The notes: generated from the letters alone by a model not told the origin. Shown: positions 13,103-26,809, counted from the stretch's first letter. The stretch is 64,000 bases of DNA from Octopus sinensis (GCF_006345805.1 NC_042999.1:112902001-112966000); one strand, 5' to 3'. A program made the numbers and translations.

Positions 13103-13829
13103 CACATAGCAAAATTAAGTATAGATTTATGTAAGTTCACCATCATTATGAAAATTAAATTAATTTTTTAGGAAATATAAAAATCATAGTTGTGTGACTT
13201 CTACAATGTTGACTTCACACCAGGTTCACTTTTATGATCTACACTAGAAAAGTTCAAATGTCACTTTCAAAGTTACATTTTGTTTTGTTTAGAATTTGGG
13301 AACTATTTCAGTGTATTTTATTTGGTAATTTTTATAAATATGACAAAAGTATTTTCTCCATACATCATAATGCTAAAAGAAAATCATGGAACTGCTTGAC
13401 TATCTCCACAAATTTGCCCAGACACTGTATCTTATGAGCAGGCTCTATAAATCCTCACTTCCTACATGTTCAAGTCTTTAGAAAATATATGCCATGGAAG
13501 GTGGGACATGCTGTTCTATAGATTTTGCTGTTGACTTATACAAAGAATATTTGTGTCAAAAGAATAGCATCATTCTAGAACGAAAGTTGTATGTTTTGGA
13601 AAATAAAAGACTTAAAATTTTTTTTACATATGCTTAGAAAATGGCTTGGCAAGAAATGTACTTTGGCTCAGAAAGTGGAAGGAAATTTCTTGCAGACAGA
13701 TTTGTTCTTATTTAGGTTGTGATTTCTTGTAACATTAATTTAATAACAAATTACTTCGGTGAGTCTAATAATAATGTTTTACCGTGTGTCTAAAGAAGGC
13801 ATTGAAGTTCTATTTTATATGTATTTCAG

Positions 13830-14215
13830 GACCTTGATTTAGTGCCAACTGACATTGCTGCTGGTCTTCTTCTACTCCAAAGGAGACAGACTCAACGAAA
13901 ACATTTAGTTGTCAGCAGACCAAGCCAACCATCCAAAAGTCGAAAGTCTAGAGAGGCTGTAAACAGGGAAACAGGTCGAATTCTTGTTTCTGGTGAAGGT
14001 AGTGAAAGTAGTGAATCTAGCCCAACACATGCAAGTTCTATAAATGATGGTGGCTGTCCTGAGTCTATGTCATCTTCAACTGTATTGCCTAAAGGATGGA
14101 TGCATTTAGGTGCAATTAAGTATTATATGAAATTTGCCATGGCTATGTATGGCTGGCCACTTTATCTGTTTATAAACACTTGTACTGGTGGTCTGCGATT
14201 ATGTCCCTTCTACAG
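13830..14215 (+). CDS. DAGLB: DAG lipase beta-like exon
   Basis: tttcag acceptor; DLDLVPTDIAAGLLLLQ...YYMKFAMAMYGWPLY (DAGL hallmark VPSDIAAGL and AYGWP); ag|gtaaga donor, phase 2. Confidence 0.95.
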
Positions 14216-15429
14216 GTAAGAAATTATTTAAGAATTTTTTGTTTCCAATAACTTCATTAGTTCTGTGAAAGTAAATCAATACTTCAAAAATTTTCTAAAC
14301 ATTATTGAGGAAATCTCATGACTTAAAGATACATTTCATTAAATAAAATACACAACAAAAGCAACATTTGGAATCATTATTATTTTTATTATGCTTTGTG
14401 GAATTTGATCTGGCTATTTATGTCACAAGTCCAAATTCACCATGTCGGTTTTGCCTTTCATGCCTCAGTCAAGTACTAGGGTTCACAATATTGACTAATA
14501 TTCTCTCTACATTGTTGGCCTTGTACCTAAATTACAAAAATAATCATTAAGAGCAGCGAGCTGTTTTCCTGACTCTAAAACTTGTCTTTTTTTTTTAAAG
14601 AAAGGGATCTCTTATCCCATATGGTTTCAAAGGTACAAAGAAAGCCTTTGAAAGTGTGGGTAGTTTATTGACAGTTAACAGAACACCATACAAATGTTAT
14701 AACTTTCAAATTTAAGAGCAGCAGTTGTAAACAAATATGAAGACATATACATGCACATACATATACATCTATTAATCAATCCACCCATCCATCCATTGTG
14801 TCAGTCAGTCTGTCAATTGGACTTTGTTTTTAGTTTTTGTTTATCTTATTCACTCACAAGGCATTGATTGGCCTGAGGTTATTGTGTGACTAAATCTGAA
14901 ACCATGTGATTGTGAAGTGAACTTCTCAACAAAGCATGAAACATCTTGCTTAAAATAGTAATACAACAAAGTTCTTACACCCCCCCTACTTGCTTTTGTT
15001 TTTGAGGCAGGATTGTATTTAACGGTCAGATACTTCTGTTAATGCCAACCATTACCTGTTTTTCAGGTAAGGTCCCTATTGCTAGTGATGTCATCATTGA
15101 ACTTAGCTCTCAGATCCTCTTAGGAGAAATCTAGGTGTGCTCTGTTGTGCCTACTTCTTCATGGATACTTTAAGCTTGTCTATATCACCAAACTGTTGCC
15201 CTTGAAGACTGTCCTTCATTGGATTGAACAAATAGACGCTAGAGGTCATCAGAATCTGGGCTGTCCAGTGGGTAGGGGACCACTGCACTGATTGCTTGAT
15301 TTGCTGCCAAGTAATTATGTCAGTTTGATGTCTTTATTATTCTTATTGATAACACTTATTAATTCTGAAATATAAAAAAGAAAAGGATAGTTTTTATTTT
15401 TACATTTGATTTTATTTTTTGTATTGCAG

Positions 15430-15568
15430 ATGTTGTGCCCACTGTAGTAAAGCAGCTGAAGAAGAGCATGTAACTGGAGACAATTGTTGTTTGTGTAATT
15501 TAGCTGCAGTGAAAAAGTTCATTGAATTCACTGATGCTGAAATCATTCATGTTTCTTTCCGTGATGAG
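15430..15568 (+). CDS. DAGLB: DAG lipase beta-like exon (Cys-rich segment)
   Basis: ttgcag|a acceptor; CCAHCSKAAEEEHVTGDNCCLCNLAAVKKFIEFTDAEIIHVSFRDE; gag|gtaaat donor. Confidence 0.93.
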
Positions 15569-15652
15569 GTAAATAAGGATGAACTTAATATTTCTTGAAG
15601 GATTTAACATCTCTTGAACATTTTATCTCTGAATCTTTATTAAAACAATATT

Positions 15653-15871
15653 CTTTTCTACTCTAGGTACAAGGCCTGAAATTTTTTTTGGAGGGGTGGG
15701 CTAGTTGATTAGATCAACCCCAGTATGCAACTGGTACTGAATTTATCGATCCCGAAAGCATGAAAGGCAAAGTTGACCTCAGCGGAATTTGAACTCAGAA
15801 TGTAAAGACAGACGAAATACCACTAAGCATTTCGCCCAGTATGCTAATGCTTCTGCTAGCTCACTGCCTTT
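15653..15871 (-). mobile_element. tRNA-derived SINE with 16-bp TSD
   Basis: TSD ttattaaaacaatatt at 15637-15652 and 15872-15887; B box gagttcaaattcc on the minus strand. Confidence 0.9.
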
Positions 15872-15896
15872 TTATTAAAACAATATTACAACTTAG

Positions 15897-16118
15897 AAGG
15901 TGGTGAGGTGGTGGAATTGTTAGCATGCTGAGCAAAATGCTTAGTGGCATTTTGTCTGTCTTTACATTCTGCATTCAAATTCTATCAAGTTCAACTTTAC
16001 CTTTCATCCTATCAGAGTTGATAAAATAAGTACCAGTTGAGTGCTGGGGTCAATGTAACTGACTACCCCATCCCCCAAACTTGCTGGCCTTATACTAAAA
16101 TTTAAAACCAATATTATT
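15897..16118 (+). mobile_element. tRNA-derived SINE, same family, opposite orientation
   Basis: aaggtggtgag head...ttcaaattc...taagtaccagttgagtgctggggtc...aaaccaatatt tail. Confidence 0.85.
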
Positions 16119-18232
16119 ACTTAGTGCTCTGTTCTGTAGTTTGCAATGCAATTTCTTTGGCATTTTTCTAAAACTACTGCTTTTCCTGAATTCCAGTTAT
16201 CTTTTTTTCAGAAAGGTAGTTGAAATGGTTTTTCAATTTGACATCCTTTATTGAAATGTTAGAGAAATTGACACATGTCTCTTCTATTTTTTAACCTGCT
16301 GATTAGTTGCTATATTAGAAAATTCAAATAAAACTGAAGACATTGGCTTACCTATTACCCATGAATTCAGGCATGTCTGAATTCTATAGTATGGAGTTTG
16401 TAAGATTTACAATAACTAGTTAGAGTTCCAAAAGTTTGAAATTTTTAACTAGTTCAGAGCCACAGAGCTTACTATTGTGAGCTATTACTTGGAATTTACA
16501 ATCATTGCTTCATCCTCTAAAAAGTGCAATTTTTAGTTAGTAATTCATACTGAATGTAATGCAAACTGAACATCAGAGAATATTGAAGTGTTAGGTGGCT
16601 ATAAGGAAAAATTTTCATCATTCTGCATTTAAGCATGGTACTGCACTAGACATTTTAGGTTATAGTGTGTGAAAAATATTTATCTGGATTATATTTTCAT
16701 CCTTTATGATTATGAAAAAAGAAAATATGACTAGGAAAGCAGGAAATCATTTGAAGACAACATGCTCACTATGTAAATGAATGGTATGGTTCTTCTTATG
16801 ATTAATGTAATACACTTTCATTTGGTTGTATCTATAAGTAAAACTAACCATGGTCATACAGTGATGTATAACAACTTCATGATTGTCTCTTTCAATGTGT
16901 GACACTGTGATATTGTGTGGGCAAATTTTGGAATGTATATACTCATATTTATTTGATGAGGGTAGAGATGCAGTTATAGGGAATTCTGATTGTTATGCAC
17001 TCATGTTGCAAATTTCTTTTTTCTTGAATTGAATATGGCATTAGAGTAAGAGCTTCCATGTGCATGTTTCGAAATGTTTACTGATAATGTCATCATCTGG
17101 TGTAGTGACATACCATGGCTTGCCAGATTGCTTGACATTTCTGTTTGTCAAATAGCTGTGCACACAGGGTGACCTGAAAGTTGTTATTTATTGGAAAATT
17201 GTGGCAGTACCTCAAGACATGCGGTGATGTATAATGTATACTGGATAAACTTAAAGTTGATGTTTGTTAGGGAACTATAACAGTACTTCAAGATATAACA
17301 TGATGTGCAATGTACAACTTCAAGTATGTATATGAAACAGTAGGAAGTGTTATTTTCAAGACTTAATGAATGCTTACTTATATATTAGTTATATGTTTAT
17401 AAATGGCAACAATCATTTTCCATTATTCTGTACATTTAGATGATAAAAGTTGTTAATATCCTATATTTGTCAACATTGTTTTCATTTAAAACTTAATGGT
17501 TTTAAATGAACACAATGTTTGACTAATATAAGATGGACCTTACATGTGTGTGTGTGTGCATGCACCCCCCTCCCAGCAACTATCTGTTCCTATCTCCTCT
17601 CTGTTTTCCTCCTCTCCTTTTCTTCATTCCTAACAACCTCATCCGATTCCCACTCCCAAATATTTGACCTCATCTCTTCTTTTTCTTATTTCTTGACTGT
17701 ATTATTTCTGCAAACATTTGTTTTTTCTTATTCTGTTCTTCTGGCCTCACCACTCATTTTAACTCACATCTGTGGTGATTTAATTTGGGAATCCCAAATG
17801 ACAATGTAACCTTCATGTAATTAAGATATTCTGATGAATAGCTTATCTGAGTACCCCCCTGCTAAGTAATTATTACATCAGAGGATTAGCTAGCTAAGAA
17901 ATATATGTAGCCTGGATTTTACCTATTCCACTCCTTCAATTTGGATTTTTGTTCTTATTCAGAGCAACTCTAATTGCTAACTGTAAGCTATACAGAAACT
18001 TTCAGCATATCAAATTTCCTTGTAACTTTGATATAAGAAAAAGCATGTAACCTTCAATGCCAATAAATTGTTATTTTTCCTGACTATATACTGTCCACTT
18101 TTTGTTTTCTGCCATGGAATGCTTGAAGCTTACAAGCTTCATACACTAGAATTCCTGGATCTTATCTTTATCTATTGATATATATATATATATATCTTCA
18201 CACATTATATTTATTACTTTTGCTATTTTCAG

Positions 18233-18316
18233 ATATTTCAACCTCCATTTTTTGTCTCAGTTGACCATAAAAATACTGCTGTGGTGATTGCTGTTAGAGG
18301 TACCTTGTCATTTCAG
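18233..18316 (+). CDS. DAGLB: DAG lipase beta-like exon (lipase class 3 domain start)
   Basis: ttttcag acceptor; IFQPPFFVSVDHKNTAVVIAVRGTLSFQ (VRGT motif); cag|gtaaat donor. Confidence 0.95.
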
Positions 18317-19464
18317 GTAAATATTAATTTATCTTTAATCTGGAATATACTGAATAACTTGACTTTCTGTAAATGTCAATAATTCATTAATGTCTTCTTT
18401 TCTCTGCATTCATCATGTGTTCACAATAAAATGCTTTTCTTAAATGTGTAAGAACACTTTTTCTTTTAAATTTATTGACAATAGTTTCATAAATTGGTTT
18501 TTGTATCTCTACTTATTATTAAGTAATATAGGGGCATGTGCTGTAACAGTGTGTCACTGCATCTACCATATGTTGATCCCCTACTCCTGGTGGACGATAC
18601 CTTTGTACCAATTAGATGACAACCCTCCAATCCATGGGTCTGCATGGGTAGTTTTTGCTGGTGGCATTTTACGAGGTCGGAGTGCAAATCCTACCTCAAC
18701 TTCTTTTAGTTTTCTTTTAAGACATGCATTTGAGACACTGGGTCTCTCCTTTGGCATACTGGTTCTCGCATAGCATGCTGTGTGGAAATTGGAATGCCAA
18801 AGGAATTGTTGAAAATTCAATTTAATTGAATGAATCAAAGGTGCTTGGTGGGACTGAACTTGAAACCACATGGTTGAGAAGCAAACTTCTTCACCATATT
18901 CCTGAAGAAGGAATTTTTGCATTCTGAAATATTATTTTTTATATCAGACTGGATAATTATAACAGTCATTATAGTCCATTCTGCATTGTTTTGCCATTCA
19001 AAACACATTATATTTTACCTATAAGAATGGTTTTGAATCAGTACATTAAATCTGGGACCTGTAACTACCTGTTCCTCATAAAGAGAAAAAAAAGAAGACT
19101 CATTCTCTTTGAATTTTGAGAGGACTCCCACCTCCTGGGGCTGAAAAGCAGTCTTGTTCCACTTTACTAAATTTCTATTAAAGGCCCTGAGTATTGTTGC
19201 CATGGTAAAATGTCAGTGCATTATATAAAGTGACTAGCAAATTAGTGGCAATAATCTTCTTTAGTACTAGTACCATGATAGAATGCATGCTGTAAACTTT
19301 GTAAAGGGATTGATGTTAGGAAATGCATTGAGCTGGTGAAACCAAGCTGAAAATGAAAAGTGATTGTAAAATGATAATGATGATGATAAATTTTGCATGA
19401 AAGAACAATTGTTATTCTTGCGAAATTGTACATATTGATTAATTAATTAAATTAACCAATACTA

Positions 19465-20738
19465 TCAGATTGAGTAAAAAGTAAGCAATGCTTTGAATCG
19501 TGAAGAATTTGTACCAGATGTTTGCAGACTTTTGAATTTTTTAAAAACATTTTTTGCAGTTATCTGATAATACAGACATAGACTTGCCCTAATGCATCAA
19601 TAAATTAACATTGATATTTTTTTCACTGTTGTTACAATCATCTGAAATGGAACTGCCGAAGTACAATATTTGAGCAATTTTGCTATTCAACTTCAAAAAA
19701 TGGACGTAAAGCAGCTGAAACTACTTGTGATATCAACGAAACATTTAGTGAGGAAATGACCAGTGAGTGGTCAGCTTGAAAATGGTTTAAACGATTTCAC
19801 AGTGGAGACCTGAGCCTTGAAGATTGTGAGCATAATGGACGCCTATCTGTCATTGATGATGATCAATTAAAGACCATCATTGAGAAAGATTCACGTAAAA
19901 CCACCTGAGAATTGGCAGAACTTCAAGTTAACCAGAAAACTGCCTGCAACCGTTTGCATGCAATCGGAAAATCAAAGAAGCTTGACAAATGGGTACCACA
20001 CCATTTGAATGAAAATCAGAAAATGTGCAGATATGAAATTTGCTTGTTTCTTTTCCATAACCAGACTGATCCATCTCTTGGCCATATTGTAACTTGTGAT
20101 GAAAAGTGGATTCTGTACAATAATAAAGAATGTTCTTCACAGTGGTTGGATCAAAATAAAGCACCAAAAACCTTTCCTAAACCTGAGCTCTTCAAAAAGA
20201 CTATGGTGATTGTTTGGTGGTGTACTGCTGGACTCATCCACTATAACTTCTTAAAACCTGGAAAAACCATTACTGCAGAAACATCTTACCATGTAATTGC
20301 CAAAATGAACAAAAAACTGCTACTCCTCTATCCCAGACTGGTCAACTGAAGAGGGCCAATCATTCTTCATGACAATGCTCAACCACATGTTTCACTAATG
20401 ACACTCCAGAAGTTAAGGGAACTTGGCTATGAAGTTCTTCCCCACCCAGCTTATTCCCCAGACCTTTCTCCTACTGACTACCACTTTTTTAAACACCTTG
20501 ATGGTTTCCTGCAAGAGAAGGAGTTCAAAAATCAAACCAATGTTGAAAGTGCATTCAAAGAGTTCACCAACTTCAGAACTCCAGATTTTTATGTTACTGG
20601 AATAAACAAACTTGTAACTCATTGGCAAAAATGTGTTAATTGTAATGGTACTTATATTGATGAATAAAACTTCTGCATTGTTGAAATATTTTGTGATGAA
20701 TTTCATGTTTCAAAACTTTTACTTTTTACTCAGCCTGA
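19465..20738 (+). mobile_element. Full-length degraded mariner (SETMAR/Hsmar-like transposase)
   Basis: TIRs tcagattgagtaaaaagtaa / tcaggctgagtaaaaagtaa. ORFs carry WVPHHL, VTCDEKW, HDNAQPH and HPAYSPDLSPTDYHFF; several stops. Confidence 0.93.
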
Positions 20739-20779
20739 TCGATGTCTTTAATAACATCAGTTATTTCTACATGTATATG

Positions 20780-21010
20780 TTTCTTTATTACCCACAAGGG
20801 GCTAAACATAGAGGGGACAAACAAGGTCAGACAAACGAATTAAGTCGATTACATCGACCCCAGTGCGTAACTGGTACTTAATTTATTGACCCCGAAAGGA
20901 TGAAAGGCAAAGTCGACCTCAGCGGAATTTGAACTCAGAACGTAACGGCAGACGAAATACGGCTACGCATTTCGCCTGGCATGCTAACGGTTCTGTCAGC
21001 TCGCCGCCTT
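20780..21010 (-). mobile_element. Young tRNA-derived SINE
   Basis: CpG-rich copy, highly similar to 30612-30846; head aaggcggcgagctgacagaaccgttagc. Confidence 0.9.
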
Positions 21011-22844
21011 CTACATGTATATATGTGTGCACATGCATGCATGTATAACTAATTTCCAATATTTTTTAAAAAGCAAAAATCATTCAATGTTTGTTTATAA
21101 TCTTTTTGTTCAAAATTTTTCATTTAAATGCAGTGTTATGGTGAAGAAGAAACTAGTTATATTTAGATGATAAAATGTTTTGATAAATGATTGAGAACAG
21201 ATAAATGAGTAAAATGGTAATTTAACTGTTCAATGAAAATTTAATGTTAGCATGTCTCTTGACATTTTAGACAATATTGCTCTTCAAAAATTTGTCATGT
21301 TAATTATTTGAAAACTAAATGTCACATCAACAAACATTTAAAAAGTTATTTCCTACACTTACATTAATTCACTTGACATTTTACACTATGTATTATATAT
21401 TATTTTGTTGATATCTTCTAACTATTGTTGCTATATCATCAAAATATTAACACTACATTTAAATATTTATTTGAAAAATTTACCCATAGTTTTGAAAATC
21501 TGAGTCAAAGTTCAATAATTTTTGAAATTGTGAAATCCATTACAGATAATTCAATATTGAAATTCATTTTTTTTTTCATGTATGTCAGTGATCTAAATTC
21601 ATGATGATGGCTTTTAAGTTCAGTTTTTCCTCATTTGCATCAGTTAGAAAGGTTTTTCAAAATGATCACTGTTCAGTTGCTCTTGTTTTTAACTATTCTT
21701 TCTGTTAACCCATTTGTTACTATATTCCTATTGAAACAGGCTGTCTTTGTTTCAATTATTTTTTATAATAACGAAGAATTTGTTAAAATAACTTTGTCAT
21801 TATTATACTGATGTTTGGAACATAAATTAACATGAGATTTTGCTGGAAGGTTTTAATTTCGATCACTTTAAAACATGAAGTTTGTATCATAGAATCATAG
21901 ATGGCTTCAAGTGGGTTTGTATCAAAAAGGGTTTACTCCAGTTTTCATATTTCACTTCTCCAGCTTACTTTTATGTTTCTTATGTTGCTTGTTTCATGTG
22001 CAGTTTCACTTTTGAGATATTCATTGCACTCTAGACATATTCATCACAATCAGCCTTTATATTCATCATCTTAGATCAATAATAAAACACTCTCAGTTGC
22101 CTTGAGTGTAATATTGCATCAGTTCTTTTGAATATTTTTTTAAAGAAATGAAAACACTGAAGGGAGTTATATTAAATTGGGCTATCAAATCTACTAGTAT
22201 TTCAATTAATATTTTGGCAATACATTCAATTCTGTGTCTCATTTCTTCTAGCTATATCAAGAAATATTATATACAATAAATTAGTATGCTATCAAGATAT
22301 AGATCTTTCTCAGTGATCATTTTGGATTTTGAAGGAAAAACATGCGATAGTGTATATGTATAAATTTTTATACATAGGGAAATTTAGAGAGCATGGTGAT
22401 TTAACTGTACTGAAACTAGCAATGAGACTCTGATCTAGGTCTATATGTTCATTCTAAATTATAGCCTTATTAGTGTTCAAGAACAAGATTAAAATTACTT
22501 TCCTAAATGTCTGAGATGAGTTTTGTTAATGGGATTATAATTTTTCAGATTACTAAGCCTTGATTTTAGAGATAAATTTCTAAAAAATATTTACATCATA
22601 GCTACACTCCTTTTTGATCAATTTGTTCTCTGATCTTCATCAGGTGTTTTATTCCTTTAAGTGAGCAAAGTACCAGACTGAATTTAAACAGGAGCCTTTA
22701 TTTCTAAACTACACACATCAGTGACCTAGTGGATAAGTATATCATTCTTTGATGTAGAAAAACAGGTTCTTCAGTCAAAGTTAGTTTGTCACTATGTACA
22801 CAAGCAAGAATAAGATCACCAAACTGATCAGAACATAGTGTAGA

Positions 22845-23810
22845 TCATCATCATCGTTTAATGTTTGCTTTCCATACTGGCATAGGTTGGAGAGTTTGAC
22901 ATGGAGCTGGCCAGACTCCAATTGTCTGTTGTGGCATGGTTTCTATGGCTGGATACCCTCCCTAATGCCAACCACTTAACAGAGTGTGCTGGGTGCTTTT
23001 TACATGCCACTGACACAGGTGCATTTACACAGCACTGGCATGGGTACATTTATGCAGCACTAGCATGGATGTGGTTATGCAACACCAGTACAGGTACTTT
23101 TTATGTGGCACAAGCTCCTGAAAGGACAAGCCTGTATGTGTGGAAGATAGCACTTAGCTTGATGCATCTTATCAAGTAGAGCAAATTGCCACATCTCCCG
23201 ATCTTTTGTCATTTCCTCAGTGAGGTCCAGGGTCTGAAGATCCTCCACGTCTTCCTGGGTCTACCCCTTCCACAGGTACCTTGCACAATTAGAGCTCAGT
23301 ACTTCTTTATGCAGCTGTTCTCATCCAAATGCATCACATGACCAAACCAGAACAGTCATCTTTCTTGCACACAACATCTGATGCCTCATATACCCAGTTT
23401 TCCTCTTAAATCATTTACACTCTTTTGTGTATGCACAGACATTGCCCATCTAGTAGAGCATGCTAGCTTCATTTCTTTCAAGCCTATGCAAGTCCTCTGT
23501 AGTCAAAGCCTATGTTTCACTGGTATGTAACATAGCTGTATGTACACAGGCATCATACAATTTGCTTTTCATTCTGAGGGAGAGGCCCTAAGTTACCAAC
23601 AAAGATAGAAGCTCTCTGAACTTCGCCCAGCCTGTTCTTATTCTAGAAACTACACTTTCAGAACTTCCTCCACTACTGCTAACTTGATCTCTTAGGTAAT
23701 AGAAGCTATCTACCACTTCTAATGATCCCCTTGAGCATTTAAGGGAGTCTATTGCCTGCACATTTTTAGTGCTTATTGTCCCTGCACATTTGCTGAGCTT
23801 AATATTCCAA
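22845..23810 (-). mobile_element. RTE LINE 3' fragment
   Basis: (GAT)n tail at 22845, 3'UTR, then ..CSKCAG..SLEVVDSFYYL..RIRTGWAKFRELL on the minus strand. Confidence 0.85.
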
Positions 23811-24726
23811 ACAATTATAATTTAAATACTTTCTTACATATATTTTGAATCTCTTTGTTTCCTTTAGAGGATATTCATAAATTCATCAGCCATCAGGCAA
23901 GTAATTGGTTTGATGATAATTTCCCAAAACAGAACTGACCAATGATAAATGTTCAAAGAGAAGTTAGATTTGTTATTGATGATGCTGTGTAATTCCAAGT
24001 CATTTTTATTTGAGCAAACCTATGGTACATAGGCAGTTGGTTGAAAATTGTTTAGTTCACTGATCAATAGTTTTGGATATCTCATCCTTCCATAATAAGC
24101 TAAAGTTTGAGGGAGATTTGGCTAATGATTGCCTATCAACTTCCTTGTTGGCTCAGATGAGATTGGTGTGAAATATGGAACTGGAGATATATTGTATTCT
24201 AACCATTTTTTAAATTTAAGAATGAGCATTAGGGATACAATTCAGGAGGTTGACTATGTAGTTAATGAAATATAACTAAATGTCATGGTAGTTATTATTA
24301 AGAACTAATTAAGACCGAGCCTCTAAGAGTTACTGAATAAAATAACCAAAAATAAGGAAAGAATGACAGAAGATCCTATCAATCCATTTAACATATAAAA
24401 GTGATAATAATTTAAATCCAGTATCGATAATTCTATCAATTCATTTAACATGTAAAAGTGACAATAACTTAAATCCAATATCAGTACAGACTTAAAATTA
24501 TGATATGAAATATTTGATCCCTATTTTGTTTGAAATGAAGTTACAGTTGGTAACAGTTGAATGTCTTCTCTTATTCTTGTAATTTTATGTTGATCTCTTT
24601 TTAATTTGTTGTTTAGTTATGTCACAATATTCACTACATGACACTCTATTCACTTGAATTCATTTTGGAAATAGTCCACATTCACTTGCATGTTACATTT
24701 ATTGAATGTTGTTGTCTCCTCTCTAG

Positions 24727-24882
24727 GATGCACTTACTGATTTAACAGCAAATACTGAAAAGATGTTTGACTCAGGAGATCCTGAGTTTTGCTGTCACAA
24801 AGGTATCTTGCAAGCAGCACGTTACATTCGTGATGAACTTGAATTTCATTCTCTCATAGAAAGAGGCTTTCAGAAAACAGGT
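24727..24882 (+). CDS. DAGLB: DAG lipase beta-like exon
   Basis: ctctag acceptor; DALTDLTA...CHKGILQAARYIRDEL...FQKTG; ggt|gtaagt donor gives phase 0, matching the next exon. Confidence 0.93.
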
Positions 24883-25442
24883 GTAAGTTTCTTCTCATTC
24901 TGTTTTTTTTTACCTGCAAATATTTATATTTGTGCTTAGTTTCGTATTTAACTTATCAAAAATAATTATGGGCCATGTATATTGTCTTATCACTTTCATT
25001 CTGCTAGTAGCACACAATATATTGTTTTATTACATATTGGCATATATGTATGGCATATCCTTTGTATAGACATATATACAGAAATACATCTTCTTTCCCT
25101 TTTTTTTATTTTACAAGAAGAAGAGAAAATGTCGCATTAAGTCAAGGATTAAAGATTAAAGAAGAAAAATTCATATTTTTCTTAAAAGTTTATTTACTAC
25201 AGCTTTTCCACCATCTTCAGGTGTGTTTCTGAATGTTGCCTATGTTAATGTAACTTTGTGAGTAATCTCCCTTAAGTTTATAAGGAATTTCTACTTCCAC
25301 AAATATTTAGTTCATTGGAGCAATATTTTATAACTGCTTCATAGTTTGAAATAGAATATAAAATTATGACAAATGTTCAATATCATATAGATACATTAGA
25401 ATATAACTAATATAACTGTGATTTATTTGCTATTTGTTTCAG

Positions 25443-25570
25443 AACCAGAAGATCGTTGTCACTGGACATAGCTTAGGAGCTGGTACAGCTGCCATTCTTG
25501 CTATTCTCTTGAAAGAAAAATATAATGATGTCTACTGCTTTGCTTATGCTCCACCTGGTGGCCTTTTGTG
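25443..25570 (+). CDS. DAGLB: DAG lipase beta-like exon with catalytic serine
   Basis: tttcag acceptor; NQKIVVTGHSLGAGTAAILAILLKEKYNDVYCFAYAPPGGLL (GXSXG); tg|gtttgt donor, phase 2. Confidence 0.95.
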
Positions 25571-25689
25571 GTTTGTATTAAAATATTCTTTACATTCCTT
25601 ATTATTTTCTTTTCTTACACATTTCTTTCTTTCAATAAAGACACTTATTGAAATGAAGGCAAGTGAGGATCTGTGTTTTGATATTAGAA

Positions 25690-26000
25690 AATATTCTCAG
25701 CTAAGGATATGAGGTAACTGAGTGGAGAGTTAATATAGTTGATATTCAGTTTGAAATGTTGAGAGTTAATTGTCAGGAACCAAATGTGGTGAATTTTAGA
25801 AAGTGCAGTTAGTGGAAGGCAGATATTGGATAAGCTATTAAGTATGATGGAGGAGGTATTGAGAGGACAAGACATTGTAGGAAGTATGAGAAGAAAAGTA
25901 TGTCTGTCAAATATGTCTATCAAATAAGGTAGGTATACTTTTCTAGATGTGAACAGTATTCTTGTATAGGAGGTATTTCTATGTGAGTAAGGTTCACAGC
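25690..26000 (-). mobile_element. Possible Penelope-like RT relic
   Basis: Weak similarity by eye to the PLE RT region; very degraded. Confidence 0.3.
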
Positions 26001-26809
26001 TTTCAAGACAAGCATTTTCTGTTTTAGAAAAGCCATAGTGATGCTCATGCTTTTACTAGTCATATGTTCAAATGTTCAGAATAATGTTAGATATGGGTAG
26101 GTGGGCTGTTTAAAGTTCACAATTGTATTACATGGGTATGATGTCCATTGGCATTATGGTGATTCTCTTTCATTTTGGCCAAATTATTTGAAGTGTTTTT
26201 ATATTGTTACAAAATACTGTGATATTTTATATTGTTTTCATACTATTACAAAATATTGTATTGTTACAAAATATTCTTGTCTTAGCTGGTGACTAAGTCG
26301 CCCAAATAAGCCATTGAAATAAATGAAGAACAAGTAATGCATGTGAGGAAATGTATTTAAGATATATTGTGGATTCCATTCCAAAACCGAATGAATATTT
26401 TTCTCCCTTTTAAGAGAGTATTTGAAAGAGATTAGATTGCTATTTCTGGAAAGGTAAGCAACAGCATAGCTATAACAGGCTGAAAAGTCTATATTTAATT
26501 GTAGAATATGCCAGGGTTCAGTTTGCATAAGTTGTATATATTTATTTCGTTAGCCCATCCATATTAATAATTTATCAGCAGAATATTTATGATAGTCACT
26601 TTATTGCCTGACTTATGAGTTATTCCCTATAGTCAAATATTTACCCTTATTCACTAATTAATCTGTTAGCCTTACTCTTAATTAGTTTAATAATTTATGA
26701 TTTATCTTAAGATATAATTTTCCTTAGTATTGCTGAATTAATTAGCCTGTTCTCTGAAAGGAGCATCAGTGTATTTGTTTTAATTCCAATATCTCATTTT
26801 ATTCTTCAG

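Noticed and set aside
24881-24882. Alternative donor at 24881
   Set aside because: Weaker than GTAAGT at 24883 and would shift the frame before the catalytic Ser exon.
25571-25712. Read-through of the weak GTTTGT donor as a real C-terminus
   Set aside because: It would delete the catalytic Asp and His. The next exon phase fits splicing at 25570, and there is no evidence of retention.
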